From an uncultured Candidatus Saccharibacteria bacterium (lineage in GTDB: Bacteria; Patescibacteriota; Minisyncoccia; Phycocordibacterales; UBA9973): DNA of 64,000 bases. The first letter of the stretch is position 1. Each line of letters opens with the position of its first letter. The position numbers and the translations under genes are program-made. A model generated the notes under the pieces. The model had not been told where the DNA came from and did not search any database. It worked only from the letters and a program-made list of their open reading frames with translations. The stretch spans positions 8,206-72,205 of the forward strand of contig CAZLWF010000001.1 in the NCBI GenBank assembly GCA_964563615.1, given 5' to 3'. This document shows, piece by piece, positions 8,571 through 16,315 of this stretch.

Positions 8571-8738
8571 ATGAATATACTCACAGCAATATTTAAGAAA
8601 GTGCTCTTTAATAACTGCAGCTATGTTGCAGCTAAAAGAGCAGGACGGATCAAAATTATCCGTAATCAAAAAGTGACTGGAACTTCTCTTGTCATAGAGA
8701 AAGTTGCAGGCACAAAGCATGCAATAAAAAACAATTAA
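8571..8738 (+). CDS. 55-aa hypothetical small protein (or non-coding transcript)
   Basis: Hand translation gives MNILTAIFKKVLFNNCSYVAAKRAGRIKIIRNQKVTGTSLVIEKVAGTKHAIKNN. It is below the track's size cutoff and lies between a consensus promoter and a strong terminator. Confidence 0.3.
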   Translation: MNILTAIFKKVLFNNCSYVAAKRAGRIKIIRNQKVTGTSLVIEKVAGTKHAIKNN

Positions 8739-8740
8739 GA

Positions 8741-8776
8741 ATCCCCTCCGCACCCATTTTGTGCGGAGGGGATTTT
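8741..8776 (+). terminator. Rho-independent terminator (13-bp stem)
   Basis: The sequence is ATCCCCTCCGCACccattttGTGCGGAGGGGATttt. Confidence 0.75.
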
Positions 8777-8780
8777 ATCT

Positions 8781-8808
8781 TTGACATCCCACCCTTCCCC
8801 GCTATAAT
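8781..8808 (+). promoter_or_regulatory. Consensus sigma70 promoter TTGACA-16-TATAAT
   Basis: TTGACA is at 8781-8786 and TATAAT at 8803-8808, about 30 nt upstream of the ATG at 8839. Confidence 0.55.
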
Positions 8809-8838
8809 AGAGATAATCATTATTAATCACCCACTACT

Positions 8839-8985
8839 ATGACTGACGAAGAAATCACACAATTAGCACAAAAAATCAAGGACGGTTTAGCATCTGAGGA
8901 AGAAAAAACACTCTTTTTTAAAGAGTTTAATTCTCTCATTGATTCACTAAATGGAGATTTAGAGAAAATACAGAAAAGCGAATAA
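8839..8985 (+). CDS. 48-aa hypothetical helical protein
   Basis: Hand translation gives MTDEEITQLAQKIKDGLASEEEKTLFFKEFNSLIDSLNGDLEKIQKSE. It lies directly upstream of the 157-aa ORF on the same strand. Confidence 0.4.
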   Translation: MTDEEITQLAQKIKDGLASEEEKTLFFKEFNSLIDSLNGDLEKIQKSE

Positions 8986-9008
8986 ATTATAAGTTTAAAT
9001 AAAAAATT

Positions 9009-9482
9009 ATGGAAATGATGCCAGGTATCGGAAAGCGTGCTGAAACAGAAACAAATATAAACACAAACCAAGCACCAGAAATTGCTCAAGATGCACTTAT
9101 GGATGAGTTCGACAGTGAAATTGAAAATTCTGCTGGCACAATGGAACTAGTAACACTTGGAGAAAACGTAGAGAAATTAAAAAGTACACTTAGTAATACT
9201 TCTGAAACAGTACTAACAGAAACATTTACGTCTTCAAAATATGCTCCCGTAGTACTTAGAGGCGCAGCTATACTATCAGGTGTTAGTACAGCTACTTCCG
9301 CGTTTATGAAATTTGCTTCTGCTACCAATATGGTTGATGGTGATATTCAAGGACCCGCAGAAAACTTCTGGTCAAAAGCTCTCGTGATTAGTGTTTTAAC
9401 AGGATTAGCAACATGGATAGCTTCTGAGGTAACTAGGAGTGACACCCAAAAAACTGAGGCCAAAATGAAAAGAAGTGTTTAA
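9009..9482 (+). CDS. Hypothetical protein with two C-terminal hydrophobic helices
   Basis: This is a track ORF. It has an acidic N-terminal half followed by AAILSGVSTATSAFMKFA and ALVISVLTGLATWIA segments. Confidence 0.5.
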   Translation: MEMMPGIGKRAETETNINTNQAPEIAQDALMDEFDSEIENSAGTMELVTLGENVEKLKSTLSNTSETVLTETFTSSKYAPVVLRGAAILSGVSTATSAFMKFASATNMVDGDIQGPAENFWSKALVISVLTGLATWIASEVTRSDTQKTEAKMKRSV

Positions 9483-9516
9483 ACTAAAATTCCGCCAGGT
9501 GGCGGAATTTTAGTTT
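9481..9516. terminator. Bidirectional terminator (16-bp palindrome arms)
   Basis: The sequence is AAACTAAAATTCCGCCaggtGGCGGAATTTTAGTTT. It overlaps the map stop codon. Confidence 0.7.
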
Positions 9517-10277
9517 AAACTTGTTAAGATTTCAGGTTCACCATCGGTGATTAGAATCGTATGTTCAAAGTGTGCACTTGGTTTGCCATCTCTTGTTTTG
9601 ACTGTGTAGCCATCATCTTCAAATACAACCTCTTTGCTTCCTAGATTTAGCATAGGTTCTATCGCAATAACCATACCAGGCACCAATCGTTCACCTTTGC
9701 CGGCCTTACCAAAATTCGGTACATAGGGATCTTCGTGGATTGCCCGACCAACACCATGCCCTGCAAGCTCACGCACGATACCGTAGCCGTATGACTTCAC
9801 ATAGGCCTCAATTGCAGCACCTATGTCACCTACCGTGTTTCCACCCCTGGCAGCTTGTATACCTATCATGAGAGCTTCTTCGGTTGTCGAAAGTAATTTT
9901 TGGAGTTGCTTGATTGGTTTACCGACAGCAATCGTCCTCGCATGATCGGTAAACATACCAGCATGCTTAAGTCCTAAATCAATCGAAACAATATCGCCTT
10001 TTTTGAGTTTGCGATTCTTGGGTATACCATGCACTACCTCATCATTGACTGATGTACAAAGGGCCGCAGGATATGGGTAATTCGCGCCATCAGGTGTATA
10101 GCCTAAAAATGCTGCGGCATCACCTCCTTCTACTATTAATTGGCGCGCGTAGCTATCGAGTTCGCCTGTAGTAATTCCTGGAGCAATTTTCTTGGCTACC
10201 ATATCTAAAATCCAAGCGAGCCTTTTGCCACCTTCACGAAGTATCGCTATTTCTTTGTCAGTTTTAATGATGACCAT
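9510..10277 (-). CDS. map: Methionine aminopeptidase type I
   Basis: The VHGIP, DIVSIDLG, GHGVGRAIHE and IEPML metal-ligand motifs are present. Confidence 0.93.
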   Translation of the reverse strand: MVIIKTDKEIAILREGGKRLAWILDMVAKKIAPGITTGELDSYARQLIVEGGDAAAFLGYTPDGANYPYPAALCTSVNDEVVHGIPKNRKLKKGDIVSIDLGLKHAGMFTDHARTIAVGKPIKQLQKLLSTTEEALMIGIQAARGGNTVGDIGAAIEAYVKSYGYGIVRELAGHGVGRAIHEDPYVPNFGKAGKGERLVPGMVIAIEPMLNLGSKEVVFEDDGYTVKTRDGKPSAHFEHTILITDGEPEILTSLN

Positions 10278-10365
10278 AATAAAAGGCTACGTGTAAGAGT
10301 AATTTTTTGGTCCTCGGATCTCCTCACTTCGTTCGGCCAGACTGAAAATTTTCTTATGAGACTTT

Positions 10366-10962
10366 TTACAACATTCCTATTTTCTCCTGCAGTTCTGCCC
10401 AAACTGCTTCTATAGATTGTTCGCCGTTTACTTCCACAAAGTTGTACCATGACTCGTTACGGAAATAATCAACTGCAGGCATGACATCTTTATCAAACCA
10501 AGCGAGACGCTTGGTTACCTCATCTTCACTGCGATCATCCGAACGCTTACGGTCACGCAATCTTTCCTGCGACCAAGTATTGCTTACGTTCATATACACT
10601 ATAGTTGGCTTTACTCGCTGATAGAAGCGAAGTGCTCCATCGAGGATCATTGCTTCACCGAGTCCCCGAGGCGTGCCATCGAGCACCATGTGCTGTCTGC
10701 CATTTAAGCCAGCGATAAATTCGTGTGACCATACATGGATAGCAAGAAATGAAGGCTGTAATTCACCAGACTTATAAATATCATATGCAAGCGAACTCGT
10801 GAATGTCGGCTTTTTTATTAATTCACGAAATTGTGCGCCAGTTTCCAAATAGAAAACATCACGATCATGATCGCGAGCTTTGAGCATATCTATCAATAAC
10901 TTGGCTTGGGTACCCTTCCCACAGCCTGATCGGCCAATGAAGATAAAGGTTTCTGGAGACAT
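10366..10962 (-). CDS. adk: Adenylate kinase-like nucleoside monophosphate kinase
   Basis: It has the P-loop GRSGCGKGTQ and lies between secY and map. Confidence 0.75.
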   Translation of the reverse strand: MSPETFIFIGRSGCGKGTQAKLLIDMLKARDHDRDVFYLETGAQFRELIKKPTFTSSLAYDIYKSGELQPSFLAIHVWSHEFIAGLNGRQHMVLDGTPRGLGEAMILDGALRFYQRVKPTIVYMNVSNTWSQERLRDRKRSDDRSEDEVTKRLAWFDKDVMPAVDYFRNESWYNFVEVNGEQSIEAVWAELQEKIGML

Positions 10963-11019
10963 ATTTGTAGTATAAATGAAAACAACAAAATAGCGAGTAT
11001 GTTGCCATACTCGCTATTT

Positions 11020-12291
11020 CTAGTATTCCCTCATTGACACCTGCGCGTCTACTTTCTTCAAGAGGTCGATGATAACTGAAACAACAATAAGGAGTGCTGT
11101 ACCGCCGATAGCGATCGTCGTAATACCAGTAATCTTTTGCATGATGAGCGGCAACACTGCCACAAAGCCCAAGAAGAGAGCGCCTAATAGCGTAATACGA
11201 GTCACAATAGATCCCACGTATTCTTCAGTCGCTTGTCCGGGACGAATACCTGGGATAAATGCACCGCCTTTCTGCAAATTTTCTGCCATCGTATGTGGGT
11301 CAAAGGTCACCGCCGTGTAGAAGTACGTAAAGAGGAAAACTAAGATGAAGTATGCTATACCGTACGCAACTGAGCCTTGGGTAAATGACAACAGCACACC
11401 AGATGCTTGATGAAGGAATCCGTTAGTAGAGGTTGCAAGCAAGTTACCTAATAGCTGCGGGAATAGCAAGATGGACAATGCAAAGATAATTGGAATAACA
11501 CCAGCTTGGTTGATACGAAGTGGAATATATGTCGATGTACCACCCGATACTCGTGTACCGCGAACTTGTTTAGCATAGGTGACCGGGATCGGCCGTTCTG
11601 CTTCGGTGACCATAACGACACCAGCAATCATAATAAAGCCCACAATCGCAAATAGTATATAGATAGGAATTTGGGATGGATCGTAACTAAAGAGCAACTG
11701 ACTAATCTCGCGCGGCGTTTGAGAGACAATACCAGCAAAAATGATAAGTGAGACACCATTACCAATACCATATTCTGAAATAAGCTCACCGATCCACATA
11801 AGGAGTATCGATCCGGCAATAATAACGATCAAGTTAACTGCAATCGCAAACGGTGTAAATGATTCAATAATACCTTGGCGGTTAAGAACAATAAGGAGCG
11901 TGAAGCCCTGAAGTGCTGCAAGTGGTACCGTCAAAAGACGAGAATACTGCGTAAAGCGCTTGCGACCAGCTTCGCCTTCTTCTTGATAGAGGGACTTGAG
12001 CCTTGGAACCATAAGGGTCAAAAGCTGCATGATAATAGACGCTGTGATGAAAGGCCCTACCCCAAGCATTATGATAGACAGGTTTGAAAGTCCGCCGCCA
12101 GAAAAAATATTGAGGATACCGAAAAATTGATTTGTTGACAGAAACTGTGCAAGTCGTGCCGCATCAATGCCAGGAATTGGAATTGCTGCAAGCAATCTAA
12201 ATGCTGCCAACATTAAAATGACAAAACCGATCCGCTTCAAGAGCCGTTTGTCATGAAGAATAATTTTTATTTTATTTTTTAACTTTTCCAT
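11020..12291 (-). CDS. secY: Preprotein translocase subunit SecY
   Basis: The protein is 423 aa and polytopic. It carries the IPGIDA and GIGNGVSLIIFAGI motifs and follows rplO. Confidence 0.95.
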   Translation of the reverse strand: MEKLKNKIKIILHDKRLLKRIGFVILMLAAFRLLAAIPIPGIDAARLAQFLSTNQFFGILNIFSGGGLSNLSIIMLGVGPFITASIIMQLLTLMVPRLKSLYQEEGEAGRKRFTQYSRLLTVPLAALQGFTLLIVLNRQGIIESFTPFAIAVNLIVIIAGSILLMWIGELISEYGIGNGVSLIIFAGIVSQTPREISQLLFSYDPSQIPIYILFAIVGFIMIAGVVMVTEAERPIPVTYAKQVRGTRVSGGTSTYIPLRINQAGVIPIIFALSILLFPQLLGNLLATSTNGFLHQASGVLLSFTQGSVAYGIAYFILVFLFTYFYTAVTFDPHTMAENLQKGGAFIPGIRPGQATEEYVGSIVTRITLLGALFLGFVAVLPLIMQKITGITTIAIGGTALLIVVSVIIDLLKKVDAQVSMREY

Positions 12292-12296
12292 TTGTT

Positions 12297-12737
12297 TTAT
12301 AAAATAGTACTACCCCCTGCAGTAAGCTTTTCACGAGTTACTACTGAGACGAGGCAGTCTTTGATAGTGAGCTTCTTAGTAAGTTCGCCGTCACTTAATA
12401 TTTTTACACGAGGAGTAACACCCTTGGTCCTGGTAATAAGACCTTTGGCAAGCAAGCTGCTTGGCGTAACCACTTCGCCAGTAGTGAAATGCTTTTCAAG
12501 TACTGCAAGATTGACTGTCTTTGGCTTATACGCAAAACTTTTGAAACTATTCTTACCGCGACCGCGTCGTTTTGGAAGCTTCTTTATGATATCACGAATC
12601 ATTGGGCGAATCTTGTGCCCTGCTCGCGCTTTCTGACCTTTCGTACCTCGACCAGAAGTTTTACCACGACGACCACCTCGGCCGACAGTAATCTTTTTTG
12701 GATTTTTATTTTTGCGTTGTAGGGTATGGAATTGCAT
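12297..12737 (-). CDS. rplO: Ribosomal protein uL15
   Basis: GRGGRRGKTSGRGTKGQKARAG is the L15 signature. Confidence 0.9.
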   Translation of the reverse strand: MQFHTLQRKNKNPKKITVGRGGRRGKTSGRGTKGQKARAGHKIRPMIRDIIKKLPKRRGRGKNSFKSFAYKPKTVNLAVLEKHFTTGEVVTPSSLLAKGLITRTKGVTPRVKILSDGELTKKLTIKDCLVSVVTREKLTAGGSTIL

Positions 12738-12743
12738 ATAATT

Positions 12744-13358
12744 TTATTGAGTGAATGCTTGAGCCTCTTCAACTACAGATACACGTCGCTTCTTGGCAAT
12801 ACTACTTAATGCTTTGATTGTTGCTTGTGCATTATTGAGACCATTTTTACTTCGTGAATAAATCTTGGTTGTGACGTCTTTAAGACCAAGAAGTATGACG
12901 ATATCACGAACGGTACTGCCTGCTACGATTCCCTTGCCACGGTTTGGCATAAGCATAACGCGTGAGCTTGCGAATTTGGCAGATATGTCATATGGGATTG
13001 ATCCAGTCTTTGTCATTGAGACCGTAATCATATTTTTTCGAGCATGTTTGAGAGCTTTGGCGATAGCGAGCGCTGTATCTGATGCCTTGCCAGTACCAAA
13101 TCCTACTGAACCCTTTTTGTCCCCTATAATCATAGCAACTGAGAAACTCATACGGCGACCACCGGAGACAACACGAGTCACACGTCGTATTGAAACTATC
13201 TTCTGGTCAAATTCAGGTTTTGGTCTTGCGAAAGATCCGCCGCGACCTCCCCGACCACTACCTCCACCACCGCGAGTACCTCGTCGTGGACGATCAAACG
13301 CAGGTGCCTCAGCAGGTGTATTCTCTGGTATTTTAGTTGTTGCTTGTTCTGGTTCCAT
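12744..13358 (-). CDS. rpsE: Ribosomal protein uS5 with RGG-rich N-terminal extension
   Basis: The S5 core is IVSIRRVTRVVSGGRRMSFSVAMIIGD. About 50 extra aa containing RGGGGSGRGGRGG precede it. Confidence 0.93.
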   Translation of the reverse strand: MEPEQATTKIPENTPAEAPAFDRPRRGTRGGGGSGRGGRGGSFARPKPEFDQKIVSIRRVTRVVSGGRRMSFSVAMIIGDKKGSVGFGTGKASDTALAIAKALKHARKNMITVSMTKTGSIPYDISAKFASSRVMLMPNRGKGIVAGSTVRDIVILLGLKDVTTKIYSRSKNGLNNAQATIKALSSIAKKRRVSVVEEAQAFTQ

Positions 13359-13366
13359 AATAATAG

Positions 13367-13717
13367 TTAAAATAATAGTCCGCCACTGCGTGCTTCATCA
13401 GCCAATAATTTTACTCTACCAGTATACTTGAATCCATTGCGATCAAACACAACGTTCGTGATCCCTTTGTCGATACCAGCCTTGGCGATTGCTTTACCGA
13501 TTTCTTTTGCGCGCTCATTTTTTGTACCTTTAGTAATCTTACTATCAGAAGCCTGTGCAAGTGTTACCATTTTGACATCATCAATAAGCTGAGCGTAGAT
13601 GAATTTATTTGATCGAAATACAGTAAGTCGTGGACGCTCTGAAGTACCAGATATCTTCATCTTGATTTTTCGCTTGATGCGAAATCGCTTTTCAGTTTTT
13701 TTGTTTTTCATTTTCAT
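13367..13717 (-). CDS. rplR: Ribosomal protein uL18
   Basis: [20 protein letters not shown] is the L18 signature. Confidence 0.9.
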   Translation of the reverse strand: MKMKNKKTEKRFRIKRKIKMKISGTSERPRLTVFRSNKFIYAQLIDDVKMVTLAQASDSKITKGTKNERAKEIGKAIAKAGIDKGITNVVFDRNGFKYTGRVKLLADEARSGGLLF

Positions 13718-13726
13718 ACAAGTGTA

Positions 13727-14260
13727 CTATGCTGCTTTCTTGCCTTGCTTACGACGAATAACTTCTCCATCATATCGGAATCCTTTACCTTTATATGGCT
13801 CTGGCTTCTTCAAGGATCGTACTGTTGCAGTAAATTGTCCAACGGATTCAGTATCAATACCAGAAACGGTGATCTGGTTTTTCTCTGCAGTAACCGTAAG
13901 ACCTTCTGGTATTGGCATTGAAACTGGATGTGAGAAACCAAGCGCTAATACAAGATTTTTGCCAGAGACTTCTGACTTATAGCCAACACCTTCTAAAATA
14001 AGTTTCTTGGAAAATGGTGTCGTCACGCCTGCAATCATATTTTTCAAATGTGATGCATATGTCCCCCAAAGTGCGCGTGTTGCTGGAGTATCATTTTGAG
14101 GTACCAAGACGAGTTCATTTGATTCTGCTGTAATAGCAATAGTTGGTAAAAATGTTCTAGTGAGTGTGCCTTTCGGACCGGTAACCGTAATAACACTGCC
14201 ATCAACTTTGATGGTGATGCCTGAAGGAATTGCTATTGGTTTTTTTGCTATTCGTGACAT
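13727..14260 (-). CDS. rplF: Ribosomal protein uL6
   Basis: MSRIAKKPIAIPSGITIKVDG matches L6. I chose the ATG at 14260 so the gene does not overlap rpsH. Confidence 0.9.
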   Translation of the reverse strand: MSRIAKKPIAIPSGITIKVDGSVITVTGPKGTLTRTFLPTIAITAESNELVLVPQNDTPATRALWGTYASHLKNMIAGVTTPFSKKLILEGVGYKSEVSGKNLVLALGFSHPVSMPIPEGLTVTAEKNQITVSGIDTESVGQFTATVRSLKKPEPYKGKGFRYDGEVIRRKQGKKAA

Positions 14261-14276
14261 ATAGGTTGTATAAGTA

Positions 14277-14663
14277 TTACCAAATTTTACATATTGCTTC
14301 ACCGCCGACTAATTCTTTGCGTGCCTCACTGTTAGAAAGAATGCCTTTTGATGTTGAGACGACAAGAATACCGTGACCATTTTTGACAGGCTTCATTTCT
14401 TTGACTTGCATATACATTCGGCGTGATGGCTTGGAGACCCGGACAACATCAGTAATGCGCGGCTTGCCATCTTTGTAGAGGAGTTCGATTTCAAATACTG
14501 GATGATTCTTAAGTGTTTTCTCTGTAAACCCAGCAATATAACCTGCGCGCTTTAGACATTCCAAAAGGGATCGCTTCATATTTGATGCAGGAGTAAGCAC
14601 TACTTCATGTGAAGCAATACTAGCGTTCTTGATTTTTATGAGCATGTCTGCAATAGGATCCAT
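14277..14663 (-). CDS. rpsH: Ribosomal protein uS8
   Basis: DPIADMLIKIKNA is the S8 signature. Confidence 0.93.
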   Translation of the reverse strand: MDPIADMLIKIKNASIASHEVVLTPASNMKRSLLECLKRAGYIAGFTEKTLKNHPVFEIELLYKDGKPRITDVVRVSKPSRRMYMQVKEMKPVKNGHGILVVSTSKGILSNSEARKELVGGEAICKIW

Positions 14664-14688
14664 AAAATAGTGTTAGTCGAAAATAATA

Positions 14689-14874
14689 TTACCAAGATGA
14701 TTTGCGGATACCAGGAATCTTGCCTTCATTGGCAAGCTCACGAAAGCAAATACGACAAAGTCCGAAATCCCCCATGAAACCTCTCGTACGACCACAGCGA
14801 AAACACCGATTGACTTTGCGGGTGCTAAATTTTGGTTTTCGTAATGACCGTGCAACGGTTGATTTTTTTGCCAT
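14689..14874 (-). CDS. rpsN: Ribosomal protein uS14, zinc-binding type (61 aa)
   Basis: The sequence is [46 protein letters not shown]. The start is the ATG at 14874. Confidence 0.9.
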   Translation of the reverse strand: MAKKSTVARSLRKPKFSTRKVNRCFRCGRTRGFMGDFGLCRICFRELANEGKIPGIRKSSW

Positions 14875-14998
14875 AAATAAATTGCTTATTTTCTCTGGCA
14901 ATGTCACGTGTTATTTCTTGAATTGGCACGTATGTAGTGCTTGCTCAAGGAGTAAAACGGATTAACCAAACAAAAAAGGTCCGTATGAACCTAAAGAC

Positions 14999-15027
14999 AC
15001 AATAGCAAAATAAGGTTTCGTTGTCAA
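14999..15027 (-). promoter_or_regulatory. Sigma70-like promoter TTGACA-17-TATTGT restarting transcription at rpsN
   Basis: The hexamers are the reverse complement of tgtcaa (15022-15027) and acaata (14999-15004). Confidence 0.45.
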
Positions 15028-15035
15028 ATGAGCAT

Positions 15036-15266
15036 CTAAGCTGCAATAGGCTGGTCTGATTCAGGAGGATGACGCAAGCTCGCATTTCTTTGGGCAGTGA
15101 CTTTGGCATACTCCTTATCATATGCAGCATCAATAATAGCCTGCACTTCATCGAGCATTGAAGGCGTCACTGCACGCGACGTCAATAATGCAATAGCCTT
15201 TGCTTTGTCACCTTCTGCCAAATCAGGGCTCGCTTTTATCTCATTAATGTAATCATCGAATGTCAT
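15036..15266 (-). CDS. 76-aa hypothetical protein (second gene of the cassette inserted in the spc operon)
   Basis: The sequence is MTFDDYINEIKASPDLAEGDKAKAIALLTSRAVTPSMLDEVQAIIDAAYDKEYAKV... The ATG at 15266 lies 4 nt after the upstream ORF's stop. Confidence 0.45.
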   Translation of the reverse strand: MTFDDYINEIKASPDLAEGDKAKAIALLTSRAVTPSMLDEVQAIIDAAYDKEYAKVTAQRNASLRHPPESDQPIAA

Positions 15267-15270
15267 AATA

Positions 15271-15435
15271 TTACTCGCGAGACAACAATGAAACATCTTG
15301 GCGAAGCTTATAGAGACGCTCGAGTGGAGCGTAAGATTCTGGGGAGATTTCACCGTTTGCAAGCCACGCTTCTACCTCAGTTTGCGCCGAATGTACGTCA
15401 ATTGTATCTTTCTTTTCGAAACTAAATTTTTCCAT
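15271..15435 (-). CDS. 54-aa hypothetical protein (first gene of the inserted cassette)
   Basis: The sequence is MEKFSFEKKDTIDVHSAQTEVEAWLANGEISPESYAPLERLYKLRQDVSLLSRE. The ATG at 15435 lies 6 nt after a TACAAT box. Confidence 0.45.
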   Translation of the reverse strand: MEKFSFEKKDTIDVHSAQTEVEAWLANGEISPESYAPLERLYKLRQDVSLLSRE

Positions 15436-15441
15436 AGGTAC

Positions 15442-15470
15442 ATTGTATAGATGAATCACTCATAAAGCAA
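15442..15470 (-). promoter_or_regulatory. Putative promoter TTGCTT-17-TACAAT giving a leaderless mRNA
   Basis: The -10 box is at 15447-15442 and the -35 box at 15470-15465, overlapping the terminator arm. The ATG is 6 nt downstream of the -10 box. Confidence 0.35.
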
Positions 15471-15506
15471 TAAAAAAATCTTCACGTGTGAAGATTTTTT
15501 TATTGC
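15467..15506. terminator. 40-nt near-perfect palindrome / bidirectional terminator right after rplE
   Basis: The sequence is GCAATAAAAAAATCTTCACgtGTGAAGATTTTTTTATTGC. Confidence 0.65.
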
Positions 15507-15508
15507 TT

Positions 15509-16048
15509 TTATTTTTTAAATGGGATACCGATGTGTTTGAAAAATTCTAATGCTTCATCGCGAGATTTGGCAGTCGTCACGATCGTAATCGCAAGACCGA
15601 AGACATCCTTGAGCTCTTCGTCTGCTGTCTCAGGGAAAATAGTATGTTCTTTGATAGGCATAGTGAGGTTACCGATTGAATCAACAATTTTCTGATCGAT
15701 ACCACGAAAGTCCTTGGTTCGAGGCAATGCAACATTGATAAGCTTATCGAGGAATGCCTGCATTCGTGTACCACGGAGTGTCACCATCACACCGATAGGA
15801 TCGCCTTGGCGAACCTTAAAGCTTGCAACGGATTTCTTAGCCTGCTTCGTCGAAGGTTTTTGACCTGAGATTTTACCGATTCGCTCCATGATAAAGGTAT
15901 TGCGATTCTTATCGCGTTTGATACCACTACCTGTGCCTGAAGCAATAATAATCTTTGTGACCTTAGGAGATGACATCACATTGGTGTAGCCAAATTGCTT
16001 TTTCATGACATCGTACGCTTTTTCAGTTTTTTGTTTGACAGTTTCCAT
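15509..16048 (-). CDS. rplE: Ribosomal protein uL5
   Basis: The L5 core is present (FGYTNVMSSPKVTKIIIASGTG, MQAFLDKLINVALPRTKDFRG). Confidence 0.93.
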   Translation of the reverse strand: METVKQKTEKAYDVMKKQFGYTNVMSSPKVTKIIIASGTGSGIKRDKNRNTFIMERIGKISGQKPSTKQAKKSVASFKVRQGDPIGVMVTLRGTRMQAFLDKLINVALPRTKDFRGIDQKIVDSIGNLTMPIKEHTIFPETADEELKDVFGLAITIVTTAKSRDEALEFFKHIGIPFKK

Positions 16049-16053
16049 AGTAT

Positions 16054-16311
16054 TTATGCTTTCTTTTTAGCTGCTTTTTGCTTTTTCGGCGCTTTCTCAC
16101 TTGCAAGTTTTACATTTGAAATATGAAGTGGGAATGCGAGCTCGGTAGTCTGACCTTTTGTAGTTCGAGTTGGCTTCTTGTGCTTTTTCTTCATGTTGAT
16201 GCCTTCAATAATCACCATGTTCTTTTGGGGCATAGCTTTTACCACTTGGCCACGCTTGCCTTTATCTTTGCCGGTTAGCACTATGACATTGTCTCCTTTT
16301 TTGACGTGCAT
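16054..16311 (-). CDS. rplX: Ribosomal protein uL24
   Basis: MHVKKGDNVIVLTGKDKGKRGQV is the KOW motif. The C-terminal tail is Lys-rich. Confidence 0.9.
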   Translation of the reverse strand: MHVKKGDNVIVLTGKDKGKRGQVVKAMPQKNMVIIEGINMKKKHKKPTRTTKGQTTELAFPLHISNVKLASEKAPKKQKAAKKKA

Positions 16312-16315
16312 ATAG

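Noticed and set aside
8475-9089. Minus-strand track ORFs lie at 8475-8753 (92 aa) and 8823-9089 (88 aa).
   Set aside because: They run antisense through two consensus plus-strand promoters, a plus-strand terminator and plus-strand small ORFs. Their Cys/Phe/Leu-rich sequences look non-coding.
12865-13431. Long antisense ORFs lie opposite ribosomal and EF genes, for example 12865-13431 (188 aa), 24379-24957 (192 aa), 36436-36963 (175 aa) and 52862-53401 (179 aa).
   Set aside because: They fully overlap genes with unmistakable conserved products and have low-complexity, Ser/Pro/Ile-rich translations typical of antisense frames.
15036-15459. I considered whether the two overlapping track ORFs between rplE and rpsN were a single frameshifted pseudogene.
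   Set aside because: Each has its own ATG. The second ATG lies 4 nt after the first stop, and the overlapping upstream part of the second ORF (MQTVKSPQNLTLHSSVSISFAKMFHCCLASNI) looks like out-of-frame noise. Two tandem small genes is the simpler reading.
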